From Spirochaetales bacterium (GTDB lineage: Bacteria; Spirochaetota; Spirochaetia; SZUA-6; DRHE01): a stretch of 64,000 nt of DNA. Below the pieces are notes generated by a model. That model searched no databases and was not told where the DNA came from. It worked only from the letters and a program-made list of their open reading frames with translations. The stretch lies in the NCBI GenBank assembly GCA_030615505.1, contig JAUWZD010000008.1:104-64103 (forward strand), given 5' to 3'. Shown piece after piece: positions 48,403 to 57,275 of this stretch; position 1 is the first letter of the stretch; every line of letters begins with the position of its first letter. The position numbers and the translations under genes were made by a program.

Positions 48403-49059
48403 TTATTCAATATATGTTCTTATGAGGTTTGCCTCAACCTTTCGGTCGCCCAACAGTAAGCTCTTTTTCAATGTCACAGGTTTACCTTTGAATGACAGAT
48501 TATACTCAGAGAACGTATCCTTCGCTTCCTCGTAGCGGTCATCAATCCTAAGAGCAACCTTACCTTCATCATCTAAATAATAGATTAAATCACCTATGTA
48601 AATAAAAGCATCCTCCTCTAGGAAATCTATTTGCATCTCGGTGATCAGATAAAGCATCGTATCTTCGGATGACTTTTGCTCAGTAACGATTTGCACTGCA
48701 GTCCAATAGAGTTTCTCTCTTGGAATCGCCACTGCGAAATACTCATTCCATCTACCTGAAAATACGGCTGCAGCATCTTTCTGTAGATTTGTTAGATCCA
48801 TCTCTGGTCCATACCGTTCGCGGGTCAATACATTACCATACCGGCTCTCTGCCATACCGCTGAAAATCTTGCCTGTCCCCTTAAAACTTTGCTCTATAGG
48901 TATGTCGATAACTATATTTCCTACAATAGCCAATTTATCCGACTCAATTTCCTGATCGAGCTTTACTGTCTTTGCCATAGGCATGAATAGCGCACAGCCT
49001 GATAGACCAAGAATCAGCATGAATAAAATACGCAGAATAATACATAAACTAGTTTTCAT
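48403..49059 (-). CDS. Lipoprotein of unknown function
   Basis: ATG 49059 with AGGAGG RBS; lipobox LSGC. Confidence 0.78.
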   Translation of the reverse strand: MKTSLCIILRILFMLILGLSGCALFMPMAKTVKLDQEIESDKLAIVGNIVIDIPIEQSFKGTGKIFSGMAESRYGNVLTRERYGPEMDLTNLQKDAAAVFSGRWNEYFAVAIPREKLYWTAVQIVTEQKSSEDTMLYLITEMQIDFLEEDAFIYIGDLIYYLDDEGKVALRIDDRYEEAKDTFSEYNLSFKGKPVTLKKSLLLGDRKVEANLIRTYIE

Positions 49060-49072
49060 TGAGTTCCTCCTG

Positions 49073-49720
49073 TCAGCGACGTCTGAAATATCTGATGTTA
49101 TTGTCATATTCTTCTGCAAGTAAGATTCCTACTTTCTCATGCTTATTCTTCAAATGCAAACCCATGCCTAAAAACCCTGTTCCAGGTTGGGCATAAATGT
49201 CAAAGCTTGGCACCTTTTCTTCAGGAGGTGGATTAGATAAATTAATCATATAGAGAGTGGTATTGTAGCAATCGACTTCCGTATAGCTATATCCACTCTG
49301 GAATGTTTGGGTCATGCTTTCACCAACGTCGTGCAAGACAAGTATAAAGGCATATCCCTCTGAAGGCAAATCTCCGGGATTAATAATACTGAGTTCTATT
49401 TCCTGCTGAGTCATCTGTTCTGTGAATTCTTGGGTAAAGGCTTTATTGAAATGACTGAGCATCTTTTCGTTCTTCTTGTACAGCTCAGACTCTTTATCCA
49501 TTTTACCTTCTTCCATCCATTGCCCAATAGTTTTTCGATTCACAGAGATGTCATTTATTTGCGCTTCTACAAAATAGGCGCTTGAAAGTTCTTTCAAAAA
49601 GGAAATATCGATGCCCTTCTCTTCAAATTCCCTCTCTAATTTCTTGCCGCCCATCGTGGCACAAGAAGCAAGTACAACAACGATTGCCAGAACGAGACAT
49701 AAAATCTTTGCATACCGCAT
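49073..49720 (-). CDS. Lipoprotein of unknown function
   Basis: GGGAGG RBS; lipobox LASC. Confidence 0.8.
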   Translation of the reverse strand: MRYAKILCLVLAIVVVLASCATMGGKKLEREFEEKGIDISFLKELSSAYFVEAQINDISVNRKTIGQWMEEGKMDKESELYKKNEKMLSHFNKAFTQEFTEQMTQQEIELSIINPGDLPSEGYAFILVLHDVGESMTQTFQSGYSYTEVDCYNTTLYMINLSNPPPEEKVPSFDIYAQPGTGFLGMGLHLKNKHEKVGILLAEEYDNNIRYFRRR

Positions 49721-49894
49721 TATAAAACCTCCCTACAATATGTTTTTTTGTATTAATATTACAAAAATAAACTTATTATAAGTTTTTTTTATAATAGTAC
49801 AATATATTAAATTTAATTATTGTCAAGATGATTCTCAGAAATTCCTCATTGCCAGCTTGACATTTACCTAACCTTGAGGTTTACATAGGAAATC

Positions 49895-51250
49895 ATGATC
49901 AGAATACCCGGAGTCGTTAAATCCTTCTCCTCGGTTTTTATACGAAATAAATTCCAATGCTATTTGGTCGGTGGAGCCGTCCGGGATATAATCATGGGCA
50001 GAAAGACGAGCGATTTCGATATTGCCACCGATGCGAAGCCTGAGGAAGTTACGAGGCTATTCCATCGAGTCATTCCCACTGGTATCGAACACGGGACAGT
50101 CACTGTAATATTTAAGGGCACCACGTTTGAGGTTACAACTTTCCGGATTGAAAGCGAGTATCAGGATGGAAGAAGACCTGAATCGGTCATATTTACACCC
50201 TCGATTTTAGAAGATTTAAAGAGGAGAGATTTTACCATTAACGCTATAGCCTATGATTTAACTAAAGGTGAGCTTTTAGACCCCCATGGGGGAAGGGAGG
50301 ATCTAAAAAAAGCCATCCTCAGGGCTATTGGGAACCCGGATGAACGATTCAGGGAGGATGGCCTGAGGCCGGTAAGGGCCTGCAGATTTTCCGCTCAGTT
50401 TAATTTCAAAATCGAAGAAAAGACTTTCATGGGTATCCGAAATGCACTCAATACAGTGGCCCGGGTATCTTCTGAAAGGATCCGCGATGAACTGATTCGC
50501 CTGCTTGCTTCTAAAATCCCCTCTATAGGCTTCAAATTAATGCTCCAAAGCGGGTTATTGGGATTGATTATACCGGAGCTGAATCGCTGCGTGGGGGTGC
50601 CTCAGCCGGAACTTCACTGCTTTGATGTCTTCGAACACCTCCTTTACAGCTGCGATGCCGCTCCCAGGGAAAATCTGACCGTCCGCCTTGCGGCTCTCCT
50701 GCATGATGTAGGGAAGCCCGAGGCGTTGAGTCGGGATGATCAGGGTAATCTGCACTTCTACGGGCATGAAGAGACTTCGGCTGAGATTGCAGAGAAAATC
50801 ACTCAACGACTAAAATTTTCCAACCATATTGTTCAAGGAACTGCTCACCTGGTCAGGCATCATATGTTCAGCTATTCTGAAGAATGGAGCGATGCTGCAG
50901 TAAGACGATTTATTGCGCGGGTTGGCAGTGAAAATATCCCGGAGCTCTTATCATTAAGAAGAGCCGATCAAATCGGTTTTTGCAATACGAAGGAGATATC
51001 CTACACTCTAATATCTTTTGAGAAGCACCTGTACAAGATACTGGCTGAAGCTCGTGTTTTAACTCTGGGAGATCTTAAAGTTAATGGAAGAGATGTTATG
51101 GAGAGCCTTTCCATTCAACCCGGGCCGCAGGTAGGTATAATACTTAACACACTGCTTCAGAGTGTGCTGGATGATCAGAGCTTAAATCAGCGAGAGATCC
51201 TGCTGGACATGGCTAAGAAGTTCTATGAGTCGCGTTTAAAGAGCATTTAA
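49895..51250 (+). CDS. cca: Class II tRNA nucleotidyltransferase (CCA-adding-like) with HD domain
   Basis: VGGAVRD, DFD, EVTTFR, DL.RRDFTINA, RF.ED.LR..R..RF, ERI..E, LLHDVGK; CCA-, CC- or A-adding subtype not resolved. Confidence 0.85.
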   Translation: MIRIPGVVKSFSSVFIRNKFQCYLVGGAVRDIIMGRKTSDFDIATDAKPEEVTRLFHRVIPTGIEHGTVTVIFKGTTFEVTTFRIESEYQDGRRPESVIFTPSILEDLKRRDFTINAIAYDLTKGELLDPHGGREDLKKAILRAIGNPDERFREDGLRPVRACRFSAQFNFKIEEKTFMGIRNALNTVARVSSERIRDELIRLLASKIPSIGFKLMLQSGLLGLIIPELNRCVGVPQPELHCFDVFEHLLYSCDAAPRENLTVRLAALLHDVGKPEALSRDDQGNLHFYGHEETSAEIAEKITQRLKFSNHIVQGTAHLVRHHMFSYSEEWSDAAVRRFIARVGSENIPELLSLRRADQIGFCNTKEISYTLISFEKHLYKILAEARVLTLGDLKVNGRDVMESLSIQPGPQVGIILNTLLQSVLDDQSLNQREILLDMAKKFYESRLKSI

Positions 51251-51253
51251 ATC

Positions 51254-52018
51254 TCACTCACGGTAAGCTTTTCTTTTCTTAACCACAGCTTTATAAGCAA
51301 TACTGGCCGCATTCTGTTCTGCTTCCTTCTTATTCTTACCGATTCCTGGCCCGTACTTTTTTTTATTAAAGCCAACCTCTATCCAGAATGTCCTATTATG
51401 ATCAGGTCCTCTTCGCTGAACTATGCGGTAGCGCGGGTAAGTTCTAAAACGTTTCTGTACAAATTCCTGTAAAAGTGTCTTATAGTCTTTTTTATGACGG
51501 TCTTCTAAAACCTTATAGATCTCCGGAATCAACAGCTTCTGGATAAAAGCCCTGGCAGCCTTAAAGCCTGAATCCAAATAATAGGCACCGAAAATAGCCT
51601 CCAGGGTATCGGCAAGCAGGGCTTTCTTGGATCTGCCTCCGGAGTATTCCTCACCCCTGCCAATTAAAATAAAATTATCAACACGCAATTGCTTCGAAAT
51701 ACTGGCCAGGCTGTCTTCACTCACTACAAAGGATTTAATCTTGGCCATATCTCCTTCAGGCCTATCTGTCAAGGTCAAGATCAGGTACTCGCTGACGATC
51801 ATTCCCAATACAGAATCGCCAAAAAATTCTAATTTCTCATTATTATCAATTTCATCCTGTCGTTCATTAGCATAGGAGCGGTGAGAAAAAGCAAGGTTCA
51901 AGAACTCAAGGCTCTTGAACCTTATACCTGCTTGATTTTGGAATAACTGAAGCTCCTTCTTTCTCTCTGGTGAAATACCCGGAGCTCTAAAAGATAGGAA
52001 TTTTGAAAACAATGTCAC
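51254..52018 (-). CDS. rnc: Ribonuclease III
   Basis: NEKLEFFGDSVL, AD.LEA..GA, dsRBD DYKT.LQE..GPDH. Confidence 0.96.
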   Translation of the reverse strand: MTLFSKFLSFRAPGISPERKKELQLFQNQAGIRFKSLEFLNLAFSHRSYANERQDEIDNNEKLEFFGDSVLGMIVSEYLILTLTDRPEGDMAKIKSFVVSEDSLASISKQLRVDNFILIGRGEEYSGGRSKKALLADTLEAIFGAYYLDSGFKAARAFIQKLLIPEIYKVLEDRHKKDYKTLLQEFVQKRFRTYPRYRIVQRRGPDHNRTFWIEVGFNKKKYGPGIGKNKKEAEQNAASIAYKAVVKKRKAYRE

Positions 52019-52028
52019 CGTTTATGGA

Positions 52029-52271
52029 TTATTTTTTGTCCATTTGAGATTTAATAAACTCTATTGCATCACGCACGGTTTCAAACTCATTTGCCTTCTC
52101 ATCCGGAATGGTGATTCCAAGCTCTTCCTCAATAGCATACACCAACTCATAGGTATCCAGGCTGTCGGCACCCAGATCCTGACGAAAAGAGGAATCCATA
52201 TTGATTTTATCCTCTTCAATCTCCAGTCGTTCAGAAATAAGCTTCTTCATTTTTTCAAAAAGTTCATCCAT
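52029..52271 (-). CDS. acpP: Acyl carrier protein
   Basis: DLGADSLD phosphopantetheine site. Confidence 0.97.
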   Translation of the reverse strand: MDELFEKMKKLISERLEIEEDKINMDSSFRQDLGADSLDTYELVYAIEEELGITIPDEKANEFETVRDAIEFIKSQMDKK

Positions 52272-52298
52272 AATTTCTCACCCTCCTATTAGATTGGT

Positions 52299-52487
52299 TT
52301 AAGCTATTTCTTCTGGCTTAAGAATTTGTTTTCCCCGATAGAATCCACACTTTGGACAGACTCTGTGAAGTATAACCCTGTTTCCACAGTTGCTGCACTC
52401 AATCAGGTTGGGCACACTCAACTTCATGTTGATTGCTTTGCGTCTTCGGCACCGTGCCTTGGATGTTTTACCTTTAGGGACTGCCAT
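52299..52487 (-). CDS. rpmF: 50S ribosomal protein L32 (Zn-binding form)
   Basis: MAVPK..S, CSNCG..HRVCPKCGFY. Confidence 0.96.
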   Translation of the reverse strand: MAVPKGKTSKARCRRRKAINMKLSVPNLIECSNCGNRVILHRVCPKCGFYRGKQILKPEEIA

Positions 52488-52525
52488 ACTTCCATACCCT
52501 CACTATTGTGTACTAAGATTAGGGA

Positions 52526-52554
52526 AAATTACCTTATTGCAGAATGAATGTCAA
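52526..52554 (-). promoter_or_regulatory. sigma70 promoter for rpmF-acpP-rnc
   Basis: TTGACA-N17-TAATTT. Confidence 0.55.
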
Positions 52555-52576
52555 GTCGGTTATCTGAGCTTTCCTG

Positions 52577-53080
52577 CTAAGTGGGCAGATGAGTAGAATT
52601 TAAACTCTTGATTTTTGTTCTTAGAGCATCGGCTACAACAGGAGGTACCATATCCGAGATATCTCCCCCAAACAGGGCAGCCTCCTTTACTGCCGATGAC
52701 CTTAAGACGATATATTCCTGGTCGGTCGGTAAAAATACAGTCTCAATTTTTGGATTTAAAGCACGGTTCATCATGGATAATTCAAATTCATAGTCGAAAT
52801 CTGTAAGTGCCCGCACACCTCTTAATATGATATTAACATCTATTTTTTCGGCAAAATCCACAATGAGCCCATGCCAGATAGTTACCTGCACATTATTCAA
52901 ATCCGCCACCAGGCTAGTTATCATGTCAAATCGTTCCTGGGCTGAAAAAAAATATTTCTTTTGCGGATTGGCCGCTATAACTACCTCAATCTGGTCAAAC
53001 ATGCGCGCAGCTCTCTTCATCACGTTCAGATGGCCATTTGTGGGTGGATCGAATGAGCCTGGTAGAATTACTCTTTGCAC
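52577..53080 (-). CDS. coaD: Pantetheine-phosphate adenylyltransferase
   Basis: PGSFDPPTNGH, RGVR...DFDYE, SSAVKE. Confidence 0.96.
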   Translation of the reverse strand: MQRVILPGSFDPPTNGHLNVMKRAARMFDQIEVVIAANPQKKYFFSAQERFDMITSLVADLNNVQVTIWHGLIVDFAEKIDVNIILRGVRALTDFDYEFELSMMNRALNPKIETVFLPTDQEYIVLRSSAVKEAALFGGDISDMVPPVVADALRTKIKSLNSTHLPT

Positions 53081-53087
53081 TGTATTG

Positions 53088-53177
53088 AATGTACCTGCAA
53101 ATACTTAGAGGGTCAATAAGCTGTTAATTTTAAAGATTCTAATTTATTTTGACAAAACCTTCCGAAAACTATAGAAT
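53088..53177. promoter_or_regulatory. Divergent sigma70 promoters, each 7 nt before a GTG start
   Basis: - strand TTGACC-N17-TACATT-N7-GTG(53080); + strand TTGACA(53149)-N17-TAGAAT-N7-GTG(53185). Confidence 0.7.
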
Positions 53178-53184
53178 GAAAGCA

Positions 53185-53712
53185 GTGAAGAAAAGCTGCT
53201 TTCTTTCTCTTAATATATCGCTCTTATTATTAGCATGTGCCGGTCATACGCCTGTAGCTGACAATACGCTTAAACAGGTCACTTTAGAAACTGTGGAAGT
53301 AACGGAGGAAAGTACTGTTCTGAATGATTTTATTGTTACTGAAGAGATTTATACAAAAACCTTTGAAGAAATCGAGACGTTTATAGAGTCTCTTAATAAT
53401 ATAATCAGTGAAAAGGACTATGAAACCTGGGTTACACATCTGTCCGATGATTATATTGCTAAAACCAGCGATCCGGATTATCTGAGAGATCAGTCCAGTA
53501 TGCCTATTCTCAAAAAGAACAATATAAGCTTAAAAAGTTTAAAGGATTTCTTTTTCTATGTAGTTGTGCCAAGCAGGATAGAAGCCGGGCTTGACGACAT
53601 TGAGTTTATCGATGAGGATCATGTAAAAGCAATTTCAATAGTTCGTAATAAACGGGGTCTTCTCTATTTGCTGGTACGGGTTGGCATTACGTGGAAAATT
53701 GGTGTTTGGTGA
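53185..53712 (+). CDS. Lipoprotein of unknown function
   Basis: Lipobox LLAC; GTG 53185 preferred because the upstream TTG and ATG lie inside the promoter hexamers. Confidence 0.72.
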   Translation: MKKSCFLSLNISLLLLACAGHTPVADNTLKQVTLETVEVTEESTVLNDFIVTEEIYTKTFEEIETFIESLNNIISEKDYETWVTHLSDDYIAKTSDPDYLRDQSSMPILKKNNISLKSLKDFFFYVVVPSRIEAGLDDIEFIDEDHVKAISIVRNKRGLLYLLVRVGITWKIGVW

Positions 53713-53724
53713 GCTATATTTATT

Positions 53725-54432
53725 ATGGAGAGGGATATGAAGATAAAAGCATTTTTTTCAATCATGATTATTAGTCTGACAGGAATTTTCCTGCTGGACG
53801 CCCAGGACAGCGGCCGGGAAGTGACAGTAGAGGAACTTTATCTCAGGAATATCGAGGTCCAAATCCTCAGGGAACAGGCATACTCTGATGACCGTGAAAT
53901 GAAACTCCTGGCTTTAGACGATTTTGAAGAGATGATAGGCTCAGGCAGCCATGATGCAAGAGTTGTTCAGCCTGTCTTAGAGTATTTAGCCATGGAGGGC
54001 ATCGGTCGAAAGGTTCGTGAATCGAACCGGCTTATTAACTACTTTCCTGAAGTCCGCAGACGTGCAGCCAACCTGCTTGGCCGTTTGGGCGGTGAACAGG
54101 CCAAGAATACCCTGATTACCGTTTTGATTAATGATGACGAACCCATGGTCAAAGCCGAGGCTGCTTATGCCCTGGGGGTAATAGGGCTGAATGAAAATAA
54201 TGACGCTGTAAATGCCTTGAATTTTACCCTCGGTAAAGAGGATCCTGACCAGCCGGACAACAATTTTGCCTATGCCATTTGTCTGGCTATAGAGAAAATA
54301 GCTGCAAAGAATAACGGTAAATTGGACCCTATTGCCTACAGGACTTTAGTCAGGATTGCCCAGGGCAGCTATATCAAGACTGTTAAGAGAAAAGCCCTGC
54401 AGTCTTTGAACGAATTGAAAAAATACGATTAA
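53725..54432 (+). CDS. Secreted HEAT-repeat protein
   Basis: Signal peptide; VRRRAANLLG, VKAEAAYALG. Confidence 0.82.
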   Translation: MERDMKIKAFFSIMIISLTGIFLLDAQDSGREVTVEELYLRNIEVQILREQAYSDDREMKLLALDDFEEMIGSGSHDARVVQPVLEYLAMEGIGRKVRESNRLINYFPEVRRRAANLLGRLGGEQAKNTLITVLINDDEPMVKAEAAYALGVIGLNENNDAVNALNFTLGKEDPDQPDNNFAYAICLAIEKIAAKNNGKLDPIAYRTLVRIAQGSYIKTVKRKALQSLNELKKYD

Positions 54433-54950
54433 GGAGATTCCAGATCACCAATAACCTCTTCCAGCCATTGATTCTCTGCTTCCAGATGGATTACCCCTTT
54501 GCGAATGATCGCCTGCAGGTAAAAATCTATCTCATCTCTAATAGAGACTAAGGTTCTCTGAAAGTTCTCCTTCTGCATAACTGTTTTTTTCTGCTGAAGT
54601 TTTAGATATTCCAAAACTTTTTCTTTCGGAAGCTTATTGAAAAACAAAAATTTCAGAGTAAACTCATCTTTTACCTTGTAACTGGTTCGCAGTGGCTTCA
54701 ACAGCCATTCATCCAGCTTCTTTCTCCCGCTTGGTGTTATGGAATATATATTTTTTTCTGCTGCTTTTTTCCCCGGTGCAGTTTTTTTAGTCACCCATTT
54801 TAACTCGGAAAGCCTCCGTAAGGTAGGATAGAGCTGCCCATAAGACACCGACCAGACATTCCCTAAAGCGCCTTCGAACTTTTGTTTAATCTCATACCCA
54901 TATTTAGGGCTCTCAGTTAATAATCCCAGCAGAGCATATTTCAATGACAT
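54429..54950 (-). CDS. PadR-family transcriptional regulator
   Basis: ALLGLL..P.YGYEI, GQLYPTL, YSIT.SG; C-terminal dimerisation helices. Confidence 0.92.
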   Translation of the reverse strand: MSLKYALLGLLTESPKYGYEIKQKFEGALGNVWSVSYGQLYPTLRRLSELKWVTKKTAPGKKAAEKNIYSITPSGRKKLDEWLLKPLRTSYKVKDEFTLKFLFFNKLPKEKVLEYLKLQQKKTVMQKENFQRTLVSIRDEIDFYLQAIIRKGVIHLEAENQWLEEVIGDLESP

Positions 54951-55028
54951 AATTTTATCTCCGTATTAATACTTATCTATCGTATAATCATATCACAAAT
55001 AGCTCTTATTTCAAGTAAAAAATTGAAG

Positions 55029-55382
55029 TTAATGTAAAGTAAAATCCTCAAGCAGTCTTTTCCGCCAGTCAGGAAGTATGTCGGTGGGTTCATACTGAAT
55101 GCGTTTGCGTATAAAAAAGCGCGAGGGACTGTTCGAGTTTCGCTGCTGAATAATACCGAAACTGCCCTTTCCCAGGTAACATATTTTTTCATGCAAAAGG
55201 AGGTCTGAGCTTTCCCGCAGTATTTTGAGTATACAATCAAAATGAGCCGGGTTTCCGGATTCCCGGTGAGTAATGGCGGAATATAGGTCTCTTACAGGTT
55301 TATGGCAGATGGGGCACAGGGGAATATTAGCATTACATCTGTCATCACCTCTTCTTCGGCGATTCGTAGATGAATGCATCAC
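55029..55382 (-). CDS. Conserved hypothetical protein with putative Zn site
   Basis: CPIC...HFDC; YLGKGSFG. Confidence 0.72.
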   Translation of the reverse strand: MMHSSTNRRRRGDDRCNANIPLCPICHKPVRDLYSAITHRESGNPAHFDCILKILRESSDLLLHEKICYLGKGSFGIIQQRNSNSPSRFFIRKRIQYEPTDILPDWRKRLLEDFTLH

Positions 55383-55522
55383 CGTTGTTCCTCTTTGTGC
55401 AAATTCTGTGTCAGATCCTGAGCGATTTTCATGATAGCCAGGGCAAGATATTTTTCATCATTTATCTTTCTTTTTATCTCTTCAAGCCGGCGCGGATCAG
55501 TTTTCTTGGCAATTCTAACCAC
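55379..55522 (-). CDS. Unannotated 47-aa small protein
   Basis: GTG 55522 to TGA 55379, MVRIAKKTDPRRLEEIKRKINDEKYLALAIMKIAQDLTQNLHKEEQR; fills the gap between YraN and the next gene; GTGA overlap. Confidence 0.65.
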   Translation of the reverse strand: MVRIAKKTDPRRLEEIKRKINDEKYLALAIMKIAQDLTQNLHKEEQR

Positions 55523-55527
55523 CGTTT

Positions 55528-55884
55528 TTACACCCCATTAAATGCATTTTCAATATGTTCAAGCCTGGTAAAATGCTCATGCACGAAGATGACATCGAAG
55601 CGCATGCTGAAATCCTGGAAACAGGGATTCTTATGCACAAAATATTTAGATGTTGCCAGGATCCTTCTCTGTTTTTCCGCACCTATTGCATAACCCAGGC
55701 TCTCTACCGGTAAGCTGTCCCAACTTTTAACTTCAATAAAGATAACCTGTTTATCAATTTGAGCAATAACATCAATCTCTCCATTTTTGGAACGAAAGTT
55801 TCGTGCCAGAATTTCATAACCCTTCTCTTTCAGAAATATGACTGCTCTCTTCTCACCTAATTGTCCTTTATCCCGCTTATTCAT
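55528..55884 (-). CDS. YraN-family putative endonuclease
   Basis: G..GE..A..FL..KGY.I..RN, GEIDVI, FIEVK, RFDV. Confidence 0.92.
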   Translation of the reverse strand: MNKRDKGQLGEKRAVIFLKEKGYEILARNFRSKNGEIDVIAQIDKQVIFIEVKSWDSLPVESLGYAIGAEKQRRILATSKYFVHKNPCFQDFSMRFDVIFVHEHFTRLEHIENAFNGV

Positions 55885-55885
55885 C

Positions 55886-57016
55886 TTAAGACTCTTCGAT
55901 CACCTTCGGATCGATAGCTTTGGCAATAAACAGATTTCTTTTTACCAAAAGGTTTATAATTTCCTGACCGGTTATCTTTGATCCATATTCATCAATGAAC
56001 AATTCAATTTTAGGCCGCAGCGGCGCCTCAACATGATTTTCCACTACCCTGCCTATACTTGAGTTGTTGAGCTGTATAATACTCCCTATGGGAAACACAC
56101 CCATACTCTCTAAAAAAGCCTTAAGGACCTTGGGATCAAAATGTTTTCCATTGTCACTTAAGATATTTTTCATAGCCGAATAACCGATAATTGGGTTTCT
56201 ATAGGGCCTTTCACTGACCATGGCTTCATATGCATCGGCAACCGCTACAATACGTGCATAATGCGAAATATCTTCTCCGCCTAAACCCCTGGGATATCCC
56301 TTGCTATCCCAATGTTCATGATGCTGAAGCGCAACCACAGCAATATCTTCCGGATATTTCAGTTCTTTGGAGATTATTCGATAGCCCAGGATGGGATGGG
56401 TCTTAACCTGATTCAGCTCATCCGAAGCAAGTTTTCCCTCCTTCTGTAGAATTTTTTTAGAGATTCTCATCATTCCCACATCATGGAGTAGAGCGCCTGT
56501 GGCAAGCTGGAGCAGCTTGTGGCCTGCAAGTTTAATAGAGTTCCCAATTACTGATGATATGATGCTGCAGTTCACTGCGCTGGCTGAAAGTTTTCGTTCC
56601 ACCCATTCTCCCATTAAAATAAGCTGAATCATTTCATTCTTACCCAGGCGCAAGATCTCAATGAGATCGGTTACTACTGCATCAATAGGATCATGACTTA
56701 CCGTTGTGCCCTCAATAATGTCTAAGAATATAGAATCTACTTTTTCTACTGCAGAGCGGTAACTTTTTAAATATTTTTCTTCCCTGATCGGCAGCCAGGT
56801 TTTTGTTTTTTTGAGCTTTTTAGAAAGGTCGCCCGGCCGCTCTATAATCACTGATCCTTCAGTCTGAACCTCTTCTATCTCCCACAGGGTTAAGCGGTCA
56901 ATATCCTTCTGTTTTAAAGGAACTTCAGCAGGTACTAAAATATTTTCTCCCTCAATATAGACAGGTTTATCAAACTTCATTCCAGTTTTCAAATCTGCAA
57001 CTTTTATCTTCCTCAT
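55886..57016 (-). CDS. HD-GYP domain c-di-GMP phosphodiesterase
   Basis: LLHDVG, HP..G, HHEHWDSKGYP, ADAYEAM..RPYR; ATG 57016 preferred. Confidence 0.9.
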   Translation of the reverse strand: MRKIKVADLKTGMKFDKPVYIEGENILVPAEVPLKQKDIDRLTLWEIEEVQTEGSVIIERPGDLSKKLKKTKTWLPIREEKYLKSYRSAVEKVDSIFLDIIEGTTVSHDPIDAVVTDLIEILRLGKNEMIQLILMGEWVERKLSASAVNCSIISSVIGNSIKLAGHKLLQLATGALLHDVGMMRISKKILQKEGKLASDELNQVKTHPILGYRIISKELKYPEDIAVVALQHHEHWDSKGYPRGLGGEDISHYARIVAVADAYEAMVSERPYRNPIIGYSAMKNILSDNGKHFDPKVLKAFLESMGVFPIGSIIQLNNSSIGRVVENHVEAPLRPKIELFIDEYGSKITGQEIINLLVKRNLFIAKAIDPKVIEES

Positions 57017-57026
57017 ATTCCCTTCT

Positions 57027-57275
57027 TCACCTGCTGCTTTTAAGGTCCCTGACATAGACTAAAAGTTCAGCAATAATATAATAGAACTGCTCGGGGATCA
57101 GGGCATCTACTTTCAGCTCAATTAAAGCATCTGTTAATTCCGGTATAGCCACTATCTCTACTGCGCTCTCCCGGGCTATCTTTTTGATTCGTTTTGCTAA
57201 TTCCCCCTTACCCCTGGCCAGTATAATTGGCGCCGGTAATTCTTCTGAATATTTAACAGCAACCGCTTTTTCCAT
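57027..57275 (-). CDS. FlhB C-terminal-like small protein (EscU/YscU family)
   Basis: KAVAVKY...AP.ILA.G.G..A..I...A, IP..Y..IAE.L. Confidence 0.85.
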   Translation of the reverse strand: MEKAVAVKYSEELPAPIILARGKGELAKRIKKIARESAVEIVAIPELTDALIELKVDALIPEQFYYIIAELLVYVRDLKSSR

